IMG/VR virus record: IMGVR_UViG_3300017763_004709
Span: 11,829-75,828 of that record
Strand: one strand, 5' to 3'
Length of the DNA: 64,000 nt
Source: a virus
This document shows positions 54,511 to 64,000 of the stretch, in pieces; the stretch's first letter is position 1; each line of letters begins with the position of its first letter. Position numbers and translations under genes: made by a program. The notes beneath the pieces are model-generated. The model was not told the DNA's origin and did no database searches. It saw only the letters and a list, made by a program, of their open reading frames with translations.

Positions 54511-54925
54511 GTTAGTACTTACATCTATTTTATGTCTACTAGGCACTATGGCTGTATCCGAAATAAAAATGAGAGAATACAGAGACAGAGTTTGCTATGA
54601 TGGAGATACTTGTTATATAATATACGAGTCTTTACCTAAGAGCCTGCAAAAAATGAGTGTTAGAATATTAGGAATAGATACTCCAGAAATAAAAGCTGAA
54701 TGTGCTCAAGAAAAAGAGTTAGCGCTTAAAGGAAGAGAGTTTGCTAATCAGGCATTTAGATCTGCTAAAAAAATAGAGTTTAAAGATTTAAAGTGGGACA
54801 AGTACGGAGGAAGAATATTATCTAATGTGTACCTAGATGGTGTTCTTTATTCAGATGCTATCATAAAAGAAGGCCTAGCAAGAAGTTATGATGGTGGTAA
54901 AAAAATATCTTGGTGTGAGGCATAG
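54500..54925 (+). CDS. thermonuclease (SNase) with signal/TM segment
   Basis: DGDT, VRILGIDTPE, DKYGGRIL, GLA. Confidence 0.9.
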   Translation: MLNKLVLTSILCLLGTMAVSEIKMREYRDRVCYDGDTCYIIYESLPKSLQKMSVRILGIDTPEIKAECAQEKELALKGREFANQAFRSAKKIEFKDLKWDKYGGRILSNVYLDGVLYSDAIIKEGLARSYDGGKKISWCEA

Positions 54926-54928
54926 CTT

Positions 54929-55408
54929 ATGGGTACAGAAGGAAAAAAATTATGGAAAAAGGTGAAGAAAATGGATCTAGGAAACCCGGTAATAACAGCC
55001 CTTGTTGGTCTGGTTATTTTTTATATTGGACTTAAGACGTTCTCAGGGGGAATGAAATCTATGGGTAATATGGAGCATTTAAATTGGTTTTTAGGTAGTC
55101 CAATATATATGTTCTTTGGAGGGATTATAATGACTCTTTTATGGCAGTCATCATCGCTGTCTACTACTGCAATTATAGCTTTAGTAGCCGCAGGAGCTCT
55201 ACCCCTACCTGCTGCTATTGCTTGTGTGCTTGGTGCTAACATCGGTACTACAGGTACTATATGGCTAGCAGGGCTATTTGTATCTGATGGGATGCCGAAA
55301 GGTGATACCCTTAGAATAGCTATAGCCCACACAGGAATGAACTTACTGATGGCCATAATGCTATTGCCTTTTGTAGGCAGCTTAGCTAAGATATTAAATA
55401 AGTTTTAA
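54929..55408 (+). CDS. single-repeat Na+/Pi cotransporter-family protein
   Basis: T.LWQSSS.ST, GANIGTT, R.A.AH...N. Confidence 0.85.
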   Translation: MGTEGKKLWKKVKKMDLGNPVITALVGLVIFYIGLKTFSGGMKSMGNMEHLNWFLGSPIYMFFGGIIMTLLWQSSSLSTTAIIALVAAGALPLPAAIACVLGANIGTTGTIWLAGLFVSDGMPKGDTLRIAIAHTGMNLLMAIMLLPFVGSLAKILNKF

Positions 55409-55412
55409 TACA

Positions 55413-55820
55413 ATGAGAGTAGGATTTACCTGTAGTACTTTTGACTTACTACATGCAGGCCATATAATGATGTTGAGAGAAGCTAAATCTCAGTGTGACT
55501 ATTTAATAGTAGGCCTTCAATTAGATCCTAGTTTAGACAGAAAAGAAAAAAACTCTCCTATACAAAGTATAGTAGAAAGACAAGCCCAGCTATCAGCTAT
55601 AAAATATGTAGATGAAGTTTTATTATATAGTACAGAATCTGATCTTTTAGATATACTTAATATGTATCCTATAGATGTTAGAATATTAGGAGAAGAATAC
55701 AGACAAAAAGATTTTACAGGAAAAGATGAATGTAGAAATAGAGGTATTGAGCTATATTTTAATAAGAGAGATCATAGATTTAGTTCTAGCGATTTAAGAA
55801 AAAGAGTATGTGAAAAATAA
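55413..55820 (+). CDS. cytidylyltransferase (TagD-like)
   Basis: FDLLHAGH, YVDEV, R.H.FSSS.LR. Confidence 0.88.
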   Translation: MRVGFTCSTFDLLHAGHIMMLREAKSQCDYLIVGLQLDPSLDRKEKNSPIQSIVERQAQLSAIKYVDEVLLYSTESDLLDILNMYPIDVRILGEEYRQKDFTGKDECRNRGIELYFNKRDHRFSSSDLRKRVCEK

Positions 55821-55924
55821 ACACTTTAGTTAGCTATATGTCTATAGATTATTTAAAAAAATAATTGACAGTTTAGCCTTTTATAATATATTATTAATAG
55901 TAATCTAAAAAAAGGAACATAAAG

Positions 55925-56197
55925 ATGGCTAAAAGAAAAGGTGGTAAGTCTAAAGGCAACGTATCAGCGGGCGTTCATTCTAATGTTAGTAAGTCTTTAC
56001 GCAAAGAAATGCGTAATGATTATATGAACTCTGGCGATCGAATTGTTAACCAAATGAAAGCATTACGCCAAGGAAAACGCGTAATGGTAACTATCTCAAA
56101 TCCTAATAAATCTGAAACTAATAAACCTTTTATCCGAGTTACAGCACAAGAAGCAGGATGGAAATCTGGTGGTTCTTTTGCTAGACAAGGAGCATAA
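55925..56197 (+). CDS. basic hypothetical protein
   Basis: ORF after TTGACA promoter at 55865; TI.NPN..ETNKPFIRV. Confidence 0.7.
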   Translation: MAKRKGGKSKGNVSAGVHSNVSKSLRKEMRNDYMNSGDRIVNQMKALRQGKRVMVTISNPNKSETNKPFIRVTAQEAGWKSGGSFARQGA

Positions 56198-56199
56198 CT

Positions 56200-56397
56200 T
56201 TGACACTTTTTGAGCTTAAAGATATTCTGTATATAATTTTTATTGTTACTGCTTGTTGGTATTCATACAGAAAAGGATTTATCGAAGGTCTAGATAACGG
56301 CGTAGATAAATCTTTAATCTTTCTAGATAAAAAAGGATATATTACTCTTACTAGAGACGACAATGGAAATATTGTAGAATTCGAAAGTAACGAGTAA
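56200..56397 (+). CDS. small membrane protein
   Basis: TTG start, AAGGAG SD, TM helix. Confidence 0.6.
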   Translation: MTLFELKDILYIIFIVTACWYSYRKGFIEGLDNGVDKSLIFLDKKGYITLTRDDNGNIVEFESNE

Positions 56398-56960
56398 TGA
56401 AGTACTCAGATATCGAGCAGTATGAAGATATTGCAAAACATTATATTAATGTCTCTTCTAAAGAGATCTGCAAGTTGATAGACCTTCACGAATTTGAATT
56501 AGCTTTTTATAAACTGGATTGGTCTAAACGTAGATGCTCTTCAAGAGGAGGATGGTATCCTAATAAAGGCGGTGCTGGCATCAGCATCGCTATGAGTGCT
56601 ACAACCAACATAAAAAAAGGCAAAGTTTCTAAAGTATATGAGTATGCTTCTTTTCAAGACTGTCCTGTAATAGGGAGTATATATACAAAAAATACGGAAG
56701 ATAAAATTGCCCTACACTGTTTACATGAAGTAGCTCATGCTGCTCAATACTGGTCTAAATATTTAAAAGGTAAATCTGCGGGAAAACCGCATGGAGATAT
56801 CTGGAAATCATTATATAGGCACCTTAGAGTAAATATTCTTAATCCTTCTTTAGAAGATCAAACAACTCTTAAAAAAGAATATGAAGAAATAATATCTTCT
56901 ATAAAAAAAGTTAGAACTAGAAGTTATAGTTTAACTGGGCAAATAGCAGCCTCTAAATAG
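56397..56960 (+). CDS. SprT-like zinc metalloprotein
   Basis: HEVAH...PHG..W. Confidence 0.7.
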   Translation: MKYSDIEQYEDIAKHYINVSSKEICKLIDLHEFELAFYKLDWSKRRCSSRGGWYPNKGGAGISIAMSATTNIKKGKVSKVYEYASFQDCPVIGSIYTKNTEDKIALHCLHEVAHAAQYWSKYLKGKSAGKPHGDIWKSLYRHLRVNILNPSLEDQTTLKKEYEEIISSIKKVRTRSYSLTGQIAASK

Positions 56961-56974
56961 CTAGGAGAACAAAT

Positions 56975-57799
56975 ATGAAATTTAATTTTACCGTTGAAAT
57001 GTTGAACGAGCTTATAGGCAAAGGCAACAAAGAAGTACCTGCTTGGTATAAAGCTATAGTAGATATTTTACCCAAATATAATATAGACACCCCTGAAAGA
57101 GTTGCTGCTTTTATAGCTCAGTGTGCCCATGAAAGTAGAAACTTCACAGTATTAGAAGAGAATCTAAATTATAGTGCTTCTGCCTTAGAAGCTGTATTTA
57201 CAAAATACTTTAGAGACAGATCTTCTAAAGCTTATGCTAGAAAACCAGAAGCAATAGCTAATGTAGTATATTCTAATAGAATGGGTAACGGCAGTGAAAA
57301 AACTGGAGATGGTTGGAAATTTAGAGGTAGAGGTATTATTCAGTTAACAGGTTGTAATAATTATACCGCTTTTGGAGAATCTATAGATAAAGATGTAGAT
57401 CAAGTTATAAAATATGTACAAACTAAAGATGGCGCATTAGAAAGTGCTTGTTGGTATTGGAATTCAAGAAATATTAATAATGCAGCAGATGCTAAAGATA
57501 TCGTAAAAGTAACAAAACTTATTAATGGTGGTACTATAGGATTAGAAGATCGTAAAAAACACTATGAGCATGCCTTAGAAGTATTTGGGGTTAAAAAAGT
57601 ATCTACAAAGACTCCTACAAAGAAAGTAGAAAAAGTAACACACACTTTAGTACATATTCAAACAGCTTTAGGATTAAAAGCAGATGGGATATCAGGACCT
57701 AAAACTAAAGCAGCTATAAGTGCTTTTCAAAAAAGAAAAGGGCTTACTCCTGATGGGATAGCTGGACCAAAAACACTTAACGCACTATTCGGAGATTAA
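56975..57799 (+). CDS. GH19 endolysin with C-terminal peptidoglycan-binding domain
   Basis: FIAQCAHES, ENLNYS, DGW.FRGRG.IQLTG, INGG..GL.DR; DGI.GPKT twice. Confidence 0.93.
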   Translation: MKFNFTVEMLNELIGKGNKEVPAWYKAIVDILPKYNIDTPERVAAFIAQCAHESRNFTVLEENLNYSASALEAVFTKYFRDRSSKAYARKPEAIANVVYSNRMGNGSEKTGDGWKFRGRGIIQLTGCNNYTAFGESIDKDVDQVIKYVQTKDGALESACWYWNSRNINNAADAKDIVKVTKLINGGTIGLEDRKKHYEHALEVFGVKKVSTKTPTKKVEKVTHTLVHIQTALGLKADGISGPKTKAAISAFQKRKGLTPDGIAGPKTLNALFGD

Positions 57800-57800
57800 A

Positions 57801-58019
57801 ATGTATGTAAGAATGACAGTAAACTCTAATCATGATGATTGGGAAAAAGATGCTTCTGGTAGAATCCCAGACATTGAAATGAGTATGGAATACGATACAG
57901 GAAAAGTTCCTACTAGTGAAGAACTTAAAGATTTATTTTCTAGATTTTTACTATCAATTACTGCAGAGCAGCATACTTCAAATAAGCCTAAAGCTAATAG
58001 GGAATTAGGAAGTGGCTAA
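57801..58019 (+). CDS. hypothetical protein
   Basis: ORF with GGAG SD. Confidence 0.6.
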   Translation: MYVRMTVNSNHDDWEKDASGRIPDIEMSMEYDTGKVPTSEELKDLFSRFLLSITAEQHTSNKPKANRELGSG

Positions 58020-58185
58020 AAAACATAATTTAAAACAATTAGAAGACTTTGCTAGAGACTGGGGTATTTATAAATGGATGCACGCAGATAACCCAGATAA
58101 TGAACCTGTCAGGTCTAACAAACACAGAAAACCTTACAATAAAAACTTTAATAAAAATAAGAAAGGTTTTAAAGGAAGAAAATAA
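58012..58185 (+). CDS. 57-aa basic protein (GTG start, absent from ORF track)
   Basis: Fills the gap before the fibre gene. Confidence 0.45.
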   Translation: MAKKHNLKQLEDFARDWGIYKWMHADNPDNEPVRSNKHRKPYNKNFNKNKKGFKGRK

Positions 58186-58188
58186 TTA

Positions 58189-61100
58189 ATGGCCGTTAAC
58201 TTTCCAGACTCTCCAGCAAATGGAGACTCATTTAGTGTAAATGATACTACTTATGTATATAACGCTACTGCGGGTTACTGGGATATAACATCTACAGTAC
58301 AGGCTTCTGCAAGCACCAGTACTAATGCCCCTTCTAATCCTTCTTCTGGAGATTTATGGTTTGACCCTTCTAGTCTCACTACTTATATTTACTATTCTGA
58401 CGGTACCAGCTCTCAGTGGGTTCCCGCAAATTCTGTAGGAGCAAGAGGCGCACCTGGACCAGGGTACCCTACTGCTTATTATTCAGTAGACTACACTAGT
58501 ACCGCTACAGGAAATGTAGTTTTTAATTCTAGTAGTTCTCCTACCCTACCTTCTTATACTGTAGGTAAGGTTAACGCATGGGTCAATGGAGTACTAAGAT
58601 CAGACATAGATGCAAGTGACGGTTCTAATGTAGAAATATCTTTATCTACAGGTGATGAGGTTCAAATAATTAATTTTGGGGATACTGATATATTAGACCC
58701 TACCGCCTCTTCTAATGACCACACTACATATACTACTTTATCTAGTTTAATAGATACTGTACAAGCAAATGTTACCTCAGCTGGATCAGGTGTAGCGGTT
58801 TATGCTACACCTGATCTTTTGCCATTATCAGGTACTGATGCGGGAGACCAAGCATATGTCAATTCTACCAATAGGCTTTATATTAACAATGGTGCTGGCT
58901 GGTATAGCATCGGTCTTGTAAATAGTAGTCCAAGTATTACAAGCGTATTAGATGAAGATTCTAATGCTACACCCTTTACCTTATCAACTGACGGATCAGC
59001 TAGTGTTATAACAATTACTGCAACCGATCCAGAAGATGTACCATTAACTTATACCTATTCTGTTACTGGTGGTTCACTAACTAATGGTGGGGGTACAACT
59101 GCAACCATTGTACAAGGCACAGGATCTAATACTAACAAGTTTACCGTTACGCCCTCTACTATCGAAGCGTATGCTGGTACATTCAGTCTAACATTTACAG
59201 CTTCAGATGGAATTAATACTGCAACGAGCGCTAATAGCTTTACATTACAGTTTATTACTATAGTTTCTAATAGTAAGTATACAACTTTGTTAGCTACCGC
59301 AACTGGTACTTCCGATAATAACAATATTACAGACGCTTCTACTAATAACCATTCAATCACTGTAAACGGTGATGCCTACGCTGGTACGTTTAGCCCTTAT
59401 AGAAGTGGGGGTTATTCAACATCTTTTGATGGTACTGGTAACACTTGGTTTAAATTTCCTACCAGTACAGACTTTAATCTTACAGACCAATCTTTTCATA
59501 TTGGTTTCTGGTGCTATCCTAAAGTATTAGGAGATTATGATACAATAATTGCACAGATTGGAACAATGGGAATAGAACTTCTAAGTGGTTCTATGAGAAT
59601 GTGGCTAGGAACAGGCACGAACGGCACTTGGAATTTACTTAATGCTGCCCAGATTTCAAATACTTTAAATGTAAATGAATGGGCATATATTACTGTAGTT
59701 AGAGATACAGACAACAATACATTAAAGTCATATCATAACGGCACTTTAGTATATAACAATACAAGTTTTACTGGCACCGTAGGTGATAGTACTAACTCAA
59801 TGGATATTGGAAAATATAACAATAGTAATATCAATTCTTGGAACGGATATATTAGAGACCTTAGATATAGAGTTGGCACTGGTTCTGAAGATACTTCAAA
59901 CGCTGTACCAACAGAAGCAGTTACATCAGAAGATTCTTTAACAAAACTTCTTACGTGTCATTCACCAATCATTAGTGATGGTTCATCTAGTGCGAGAACA
60001 CCCGAAGGCAAGATGATTAGTGGAAGTATGACTGCTGGTTGGAAAGTTACAGAACCCTTCTCACCCTACGATTACACTGAATACTCAGCAACAGATCACG
60101 GGGGGTCAGTACATTATGATGGGTCAAACGATGATATTACAATTACAGATCATAGTGCTTTTGATTTAAGCACTGTAAATTGGACTGTTGAGTTTTGGTG
60201 GAACCCTAAAAGTGTAAACACAAATGAAGGCCCAATGAGTGTGGGCTATGGATCTGGTAGCACTCCAACAGGTTTAAAGTTTTCATGGGAAAACAATAAG
60301 CTGTACGCATTTTCTATGGACGGCTCAACTCTGCAGACGGGCCTTTACCACGATGCTACTGCTGCTAGTTTGATTAATAGATGGAACCACGTTGCAGCGG
60401 TTTATAATGGGACAAATACGGATTTATATCTAAACGGTGTTGCTTCAGGCCGTGCGCAATCAACTAACTTTGGTGAAAATAGCTCTGACGATGTGAGAAT
60501 TGGCTCTGTACGCCGTTTAAGCTCTATACATTATTCAGAATGCTCAATAAGTGATGTCAGAATTGTAAAAGGCACCGCTGTTTACTCTGGTAACTTCACT
60601 CCACCAACAGGCCCACTAACGACTACTGGTGGAACATATCCAAGCACTACTAATGTAAACACCAGCATCACGGCAAGTAATACTTCACTGCTTATCAAAG
60701 GTACAGACGCCTCAATTATAGATAAATCTCAAGTAAATAATTTAAAACTGATTGGGGGCCCTGCAGGTTCAACTACTCAGGCTAAGTTTAGTAATACTAA
60801 GTCAATAGACTTTGGAGATGGAAGTTTATCATATGTAATGGAGGTGCCATCAGGAGCAGGTTACACAGGCGAGTTTACGATAGAATTTTGGATGTATAAC
60901 ACATTCGTTACAAGCACATGGCAATCATTAATATCTAATAGCTATGTAAATGGTAGTGAGTATTTTAGATTTTATAAGAATAATGGGAGTGGAACATTTG
61001 CTTTATATCATAATTCAACTAGTGCTAAATTAACAGGTATTGGTAATATAACTAATAATACGTGGACTCATGTTGCAATTGTGAGAGATTCTTCTAATGA

Positions 61101-61314
61101 TATAACAGTTTATCAAGACGGTACTAGTATTGGTAGTTATAATAATAACCAAATATTTGGTACAGCTTCTAATCCTATCAATGTTGGAAAAGGTGGGGTA
61201 GGAGATACTACAAACTATCCTATGAGTGGATATATCCAAGATTTAAGAATCACTGATGGTTTAGCTCGCTACACCGCAAACTTTACACCGCCAACAGCAC
61301 CATTAGAAGGTTAA
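58189..61314 (+). CDS. virion fibre/adhesin with Ig-like domain and three LamG (ConA-like) domains
   Basis: MAVNFPDSP N-terminus, GDLWFD, repeated F.IEFW / W.H.A.VR / GYI.DLR; Ser/Thr-rich. Confidence 0.85.
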   Translation: MAVNFPDSPANGDSFSVNDTTYVYNATAGYWDITSTVQASASTSTNAPSNPSSGDLWFDPSSLTTYIYYSDGTSSQWVPANSVGARGAPGPGYPTAYYSVDYTSTATGNVVFNSSSSPTLPSYTVGKVNAWVNGVLRSDIDASDGSNVEISLSTGDEVQIINFGDTDILDPTASSNDHTTYTTLSSLIDTVQANVTSAGSGVAVYATPDLLPLSGTDAGDQAYVNSTNRLYINNGAGWYSIGLVNSSPSITSVLDEDSNATPFTLSTDGSASVITITATDPEDVPLTYTYSVTGGSLTNGGGTTATIVQGTGSNTNKFTVTPSTIEAYAGTFSLTFTASDGINTATSANSFTLQFITIVSNSKYTTLLATATGTSDNNNITDASTNNHSITVNGDAYAGTFSPYRSGGYSTSFDGTGNTWFKFPTSTDFNLTDQSFHIGFWCYPKVLGDYDTIIAQIGTMGIELLSGSMRMWLGTGTNGTWNLLNAAQISNTLNVNEWAYITVVRDTDNNTLKSYHNGTLVYNNTSFTGTVGDSTNSMDIGKYNNSNINSWNGYIRDLRYRVGTGSEDTSNAVPTEAVTSEDSLTKLLTCHSPIISDGSSSARTPEGKMISGSMTAGWKVTEPFSPYDYTEYSATDHGGSVHYDGSNDDITITDHSAFDLSTVNWTVEFWWNPKSVNTNEGPMSVGYGSGSTPTGLKFSWENNKLYAFSMDGSTLQTGLYHDATAASLINRWNHVAAVYNGTNTDLYLNGVASGRAQSTNFGENSSDDVRIGSVRRLSSIHYSECSISDVRIVKGTAVYSGNFTPPTGPLTTTGGTYPSTTNVNTSITASNTSLLIKGTDASIIDKSQVNNLKLIGGPAGSTTQAKFSNTKSIDFGDGSLSYVMEVPSGAGYTGEFTIEFWMYNTFVTSTWQSLISNSYVNGSEYFRFYKNNGSGTFALYHNSTSAKLTGIGNITNNTWTHVAIVRDSSNDITVYQDGTSIGSYNNNQIFGTASNPINVGKGGVGDTTNYPMSGYIQDLRITDGLARYTANFTPPTAPLEG

Positions 61315-61332
61315 TAAAAGGATAAAAGAAAC

Positions 61333-64000
61333 ATGGCAATAAACTTTCCAGATAGTCCTACAAACGGGCAGCAAACTTCTGCAGGAGGAAACACCTGGCA
61401 GTATAATAGTGCTAAATCAGTTTGGGAAAAGACTTTAACTAGTGGTAGATCTAGCTTAGGTATCGCTACTTATGCAAATATTTCAGATTTACCTCTTAGT
61501 GGGGTATCTGCAGGTAAACAAGCCTTTGTTACGGGATCAAATAGACTTTATATTAGTAACGGCACTGGATGGTATTCTATTGGATTAGTAAATACTAACC
61601 CTGCTATTACTTCAGTTCAAGATTCTGCAGCAGGAACAACTCCGTTTACTTTAACGACAGATGGCACCGCAACTGTAATTACTATAACTGCTGCAGACCC
61701 AGAAGGATTCCCATTAACTTATAACTATTCTGTTACTAGTGGTTCACTAACTAATGGTGGTGGTACAACCGCAACTGTTGGCCAAGGTACTGGTGAGGGT
61801 TATGCTATAGCAAGCGCTTCTCTGCTAAGCGGAACTCATACTGTTAATGCGAATGTAGGAGCGCTTACATTTAAACCAGATGGTACTGAAATGTATTATG
61901 TGGGTACTCATAATGATCGTGTTAATAGGCATACTTTAAGTACTGCTTGGGATGTAAGTACAGCAAGTTTTGTAGGATCTAGTCCAAACACTCTTAGTCA
62001 GGTTAGTCAATTAACTGATGCTAAGTTTAATAATGACGGCACTAAAATGTATATGGCTGATAAATCTACCAACACTATATATCAATATAGTTTAAGCACT
62101 GCTTGGAATATTGGTACGGCAAGTTACGATAATAAATCATACGATTTTTCTACTCAATTAACCAGCGATGAATTAAATTGTTTTGTATTTAATAACGATG
62201 GTTCTGCCGTGTATCTAGCAGAGCTTGGGACTAGCAGAGATATTTTTCAATATACTCTAAGTACTCCTTTTGATATAAGCACCGCATCTTATGCTAGTAA
62301 AAGTCTTAGTCTGGCCTCTGTAGCTTCAAATGGTTATATTGGAAGACAGTATTTTCAATTCACTAATGATGGCAGTAAATTATTCTTAATTCATACGTTT
62401 CATCCAGCTGGGTTTGTAGGAAAAATTTATGAATATAGTTTAACAACAGCATACGATATAAGCACTGCATCTCATACCAGCGTTACTTATACACCTACTG
62501 GTATAACTACAGGTCGTTCTGCTATAGCATTTAAACCTGATGGCTCAAAAATGTTTATAATGGGTACGGATAATCATACTACCATTTCTCAATTTAACTT
62601 GCCTGTTTATAATGCTAATCAATTTACAATAACTCCAACAACTACAGAAGCGCATGCTGGTACGTTTGAACTAACTTTTACTACTAGTGACGGTATCAAC
62701 ACAGCTACAAGTGCTAATAGCTTTACATTAAATTTTATTACTATAGTTACTAATAGTAAATATACTACCTTATTAGCGACAGCAACTGGTACGTCAGACA
62801 ATAATAATATTACTGATACATCTTCAAACAATCATACTATTACTGTAAATGGCCCTGCCCACGCTGGTACGTTTAGCCCTTATCGGAGTGGTGGGTATTC
62901 TACTTATTTTGACGGCAACGATTATTTAACAACTACACAAACTACCCCATTAGGAACGGCAGATTTTACTATTGAAGGTTGGATAAATTTTGATAATGTT
63001 GGTGGAAATAGAACCTTTATGACTTTAGATAGCACGACACAACTATATTTTAGAAATAACGGATCATCTATTGCGATATATAAAAACAGCAGCGCATATA
63101 ACTTTTCTACTGGAACACCAGAGGTTAATACTTGGTATCACTTTGCTTTTGTAAGACAGTCAGGATCTGTAACTTTATATTGGAATGGTCAGTCTAAAGG
63201 TTCTACTAGTCACGCGCATGATTATACTATTGGAAATCTACACATAGGATGCTGGTCGGCAATAAGTGAATTTTTTCAAGGACATCTTACGGATATAAAG
63301 ATATCAAATACAGCAGCATATACATCTAATTTTTCTGTGCCAACTGAAAGATTATCTTCTGATTCATCAACTAAACTGCTTATTTGTCACCTACCGTACA
63401 TTGCTGATGGTTCTAATCTTAATGAGACAATCGCAGTAAACGGCGACCCCACTACAAAACCATTATCACCCTACGACAATTTAGAATACTCAGCAACTGA
63501 TCACGGTGGGTCTGTGTATTTTGGAGGCGGTACAAGAGAGCATTTATCAACATCATTGCCTGCATTTGGTACTCAAGATTTTGAAGTAGAATTTTGGATT
63601 TATGGAGGAGCATTAACTTCTAGCACTTGGTATACCTTGTTTAGTAGAGACTATAATGTAAATGGAAGTTTTAGAATATATTGTGCTGCTGGTTCGGATG
63701 TGGATAAATTTATATACATAGCTAATGGGACAGCATATAATTATACTTCAGCTGGAAAAATAAGAGATAATGTTTGGAATCATATATTACTTTCCAGAGT
63801 CTCTGGTACAGCAAAATGGTTTATAAACGGTATTGAAGATACTTCTTGGTCTGATTCACAAAATATGACTAGTACTGCTACCCTATATATAGGAGACACT
63901 GGAGCAGATGAGACTTCTAATTCGTCATATCCATTTGTAGGTTATATGTCAGATATTGCAATTAGAATGGGCGGTAGTGGGTATAGAACATCTAGCTTCA
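61333..64000 (+). CDS. paralogous fibre/adhesin with inserted beta-propeller and LamG domains (runs off the window; absent from ORF track)
   Basis: MAINFPDSP start; no stop seen in frame; shares long blocks with 58189-61314. Confidence 0.85.
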   Translation, partial: MAINFPDSPTNGQQTSAGGNTWQYNSAKSVWEKTLTSGRSSLGIATYANISDLPLSGVSAGKQAFVTGSNRLYISNGTGWYSIGLVNTNPAITSVQDSAAGTTPFTLTTDGTATVITITAADPEGFPLTYNYSVTSGSLTNGGGTTATVGQGTGEGYAIASASLLSGTHTVNANVGALTFKPDGTEMYYVGTHNDRVNRHTLSTAWDVSTASFVGSSPNTLSQVSQLTDAKFNNDGTKMYMADKSTNTIYQYSLSTAWNIGTASYDNKSYDFSTQLTSDELNCFVFNNDGSAVYLAELGTSRDIFQYTLSTPFDISTASYASKSLSLASVASNGYIGRQYFQFTNDGSKLFLIHTFHPAGFVGKIYEYSLTTAYDISTASHTSVTYTPTGITTGRSAIAFKPDGSKMFIMGTDNHTTISQFNLPVYNANQFTITPTTTEAHAGTFELTFTTSDGINTATSANSFTLNFITIVTNSKYTTLLATATGTSDNNNITDTSSNNHTITVNGPAHAGTFSPYRSGGYSTYFDGNDYLTTTQTTPLGTADFTIEGWINFDNVGGNRTFMTLDSTTQLYFRNNGSSIAIYKNSSAYNFSTGTPEVNTWYHFAFVRQSGSVTLYWNGQSKGSTSHAHDYTIGNLHIGCWSAISEFFQGHLTDIKISNTAAYTSNFSVPTERLSSDSSTKLLICHLPYIADGSNLNETIAVNGDPTTKPLSPYDNLEYSATDHGGSVYFGGGTREHLSTSLPAFGTQDFEVEFWIYGGALTSSTWYTLFSRDYNVNGSFRIYCAAGSDVDKFIYIANGTAYNYTSAGKIRDNVWNHILLSRVSGTAKWFINGIEDTSWSDSQNMTSTATLYIGDTGADETSNSSYPFVGYMSDIAIRMGGSGYRTSSF
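61795..62607 (+). repeat. five protein-level repeats (F..DG..[MVL][YF] ... LST.[WFY]D.STAS)
   Basis: FKPDGTEMY, FNNDGTKMY, FNNDGSAVY, FTNDGSKLF, FKPDGSKMF. Confidence 0.8.

Noticed and set aside
2506-62831. Opposite-strand or nested ORFs (e.g. 2506, 3353, 3456, 6831, 6878, 17094, 24302, 24354, 33443, 51802, 55021, 59055, 62619)
   Set aside because: Shadows of well-supported genes with no motifs or SD
58189-64000. Diversity-generating retroelement acting on the fibre repeats
   Set aside because: No reverse transcriptase in the window; both copies are coding and mismatches are not adenine-specific
1-64000. Stop-codon reassignment
   Set aside because: Core genes are full length in the standard code, TAA, TAG and TGA all end genes, and no suppressor tRNA is seen

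Overview
AT-rich, gene-dense segment of a large lytic tailed dsDNA phage; no integrase, transposase or CRISPR array is visible. The left arm (1-29.6 kb, minus strand) holds GroES, ThyX, class Ia ribonucleotide reductase and a T5-like replication module (D15, D14, D13/D12, D11, D10, family-A polymerase, primase, DnaB, D2, D5, D3, PC4). It also carries a host-like DUF1127/pseudoazurin/DoxX cassette, a 7-gene glycan operon, a circularly permuted two-piece tmRNA and ribosomal protein bS21. The right arm (plus strand) is accessory. It encodes SleB-like and GH19 murein hydrolases, PhoH, Lys-rich miniproteins followed by a SET-domain enzyme, ADP-heptose enzymes, UvsE, redoxins, NAD ligase and Hsp20 behind a ROSE-like leader. 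Further along are a T7-type kinase, a tRNA island with three unassigned highly structured RNAs, a porin, MazG, a half-size Na/Pi transporter and two paralogous LamG fibre genes. The permuted tmRNA, GroES sequence, DUF1127, pseudoazurin and porin suggest an alphaproteobacterial (Rhodobacteraceae-like) host; this is inference. Best leads: (i) a possible phage ADP-heptose/TibC-like protein-glycosylation system, (ii) three pseudoknot-rich ncRNA candidates around the tRNAs, (iii) the SET enzyme plus Lys-rich protein cluster, (iv) translation-control features (tmRNA, bS21, an AUU start, leaderless genes). All family calls come from motif recognition by eye; no searches were run.
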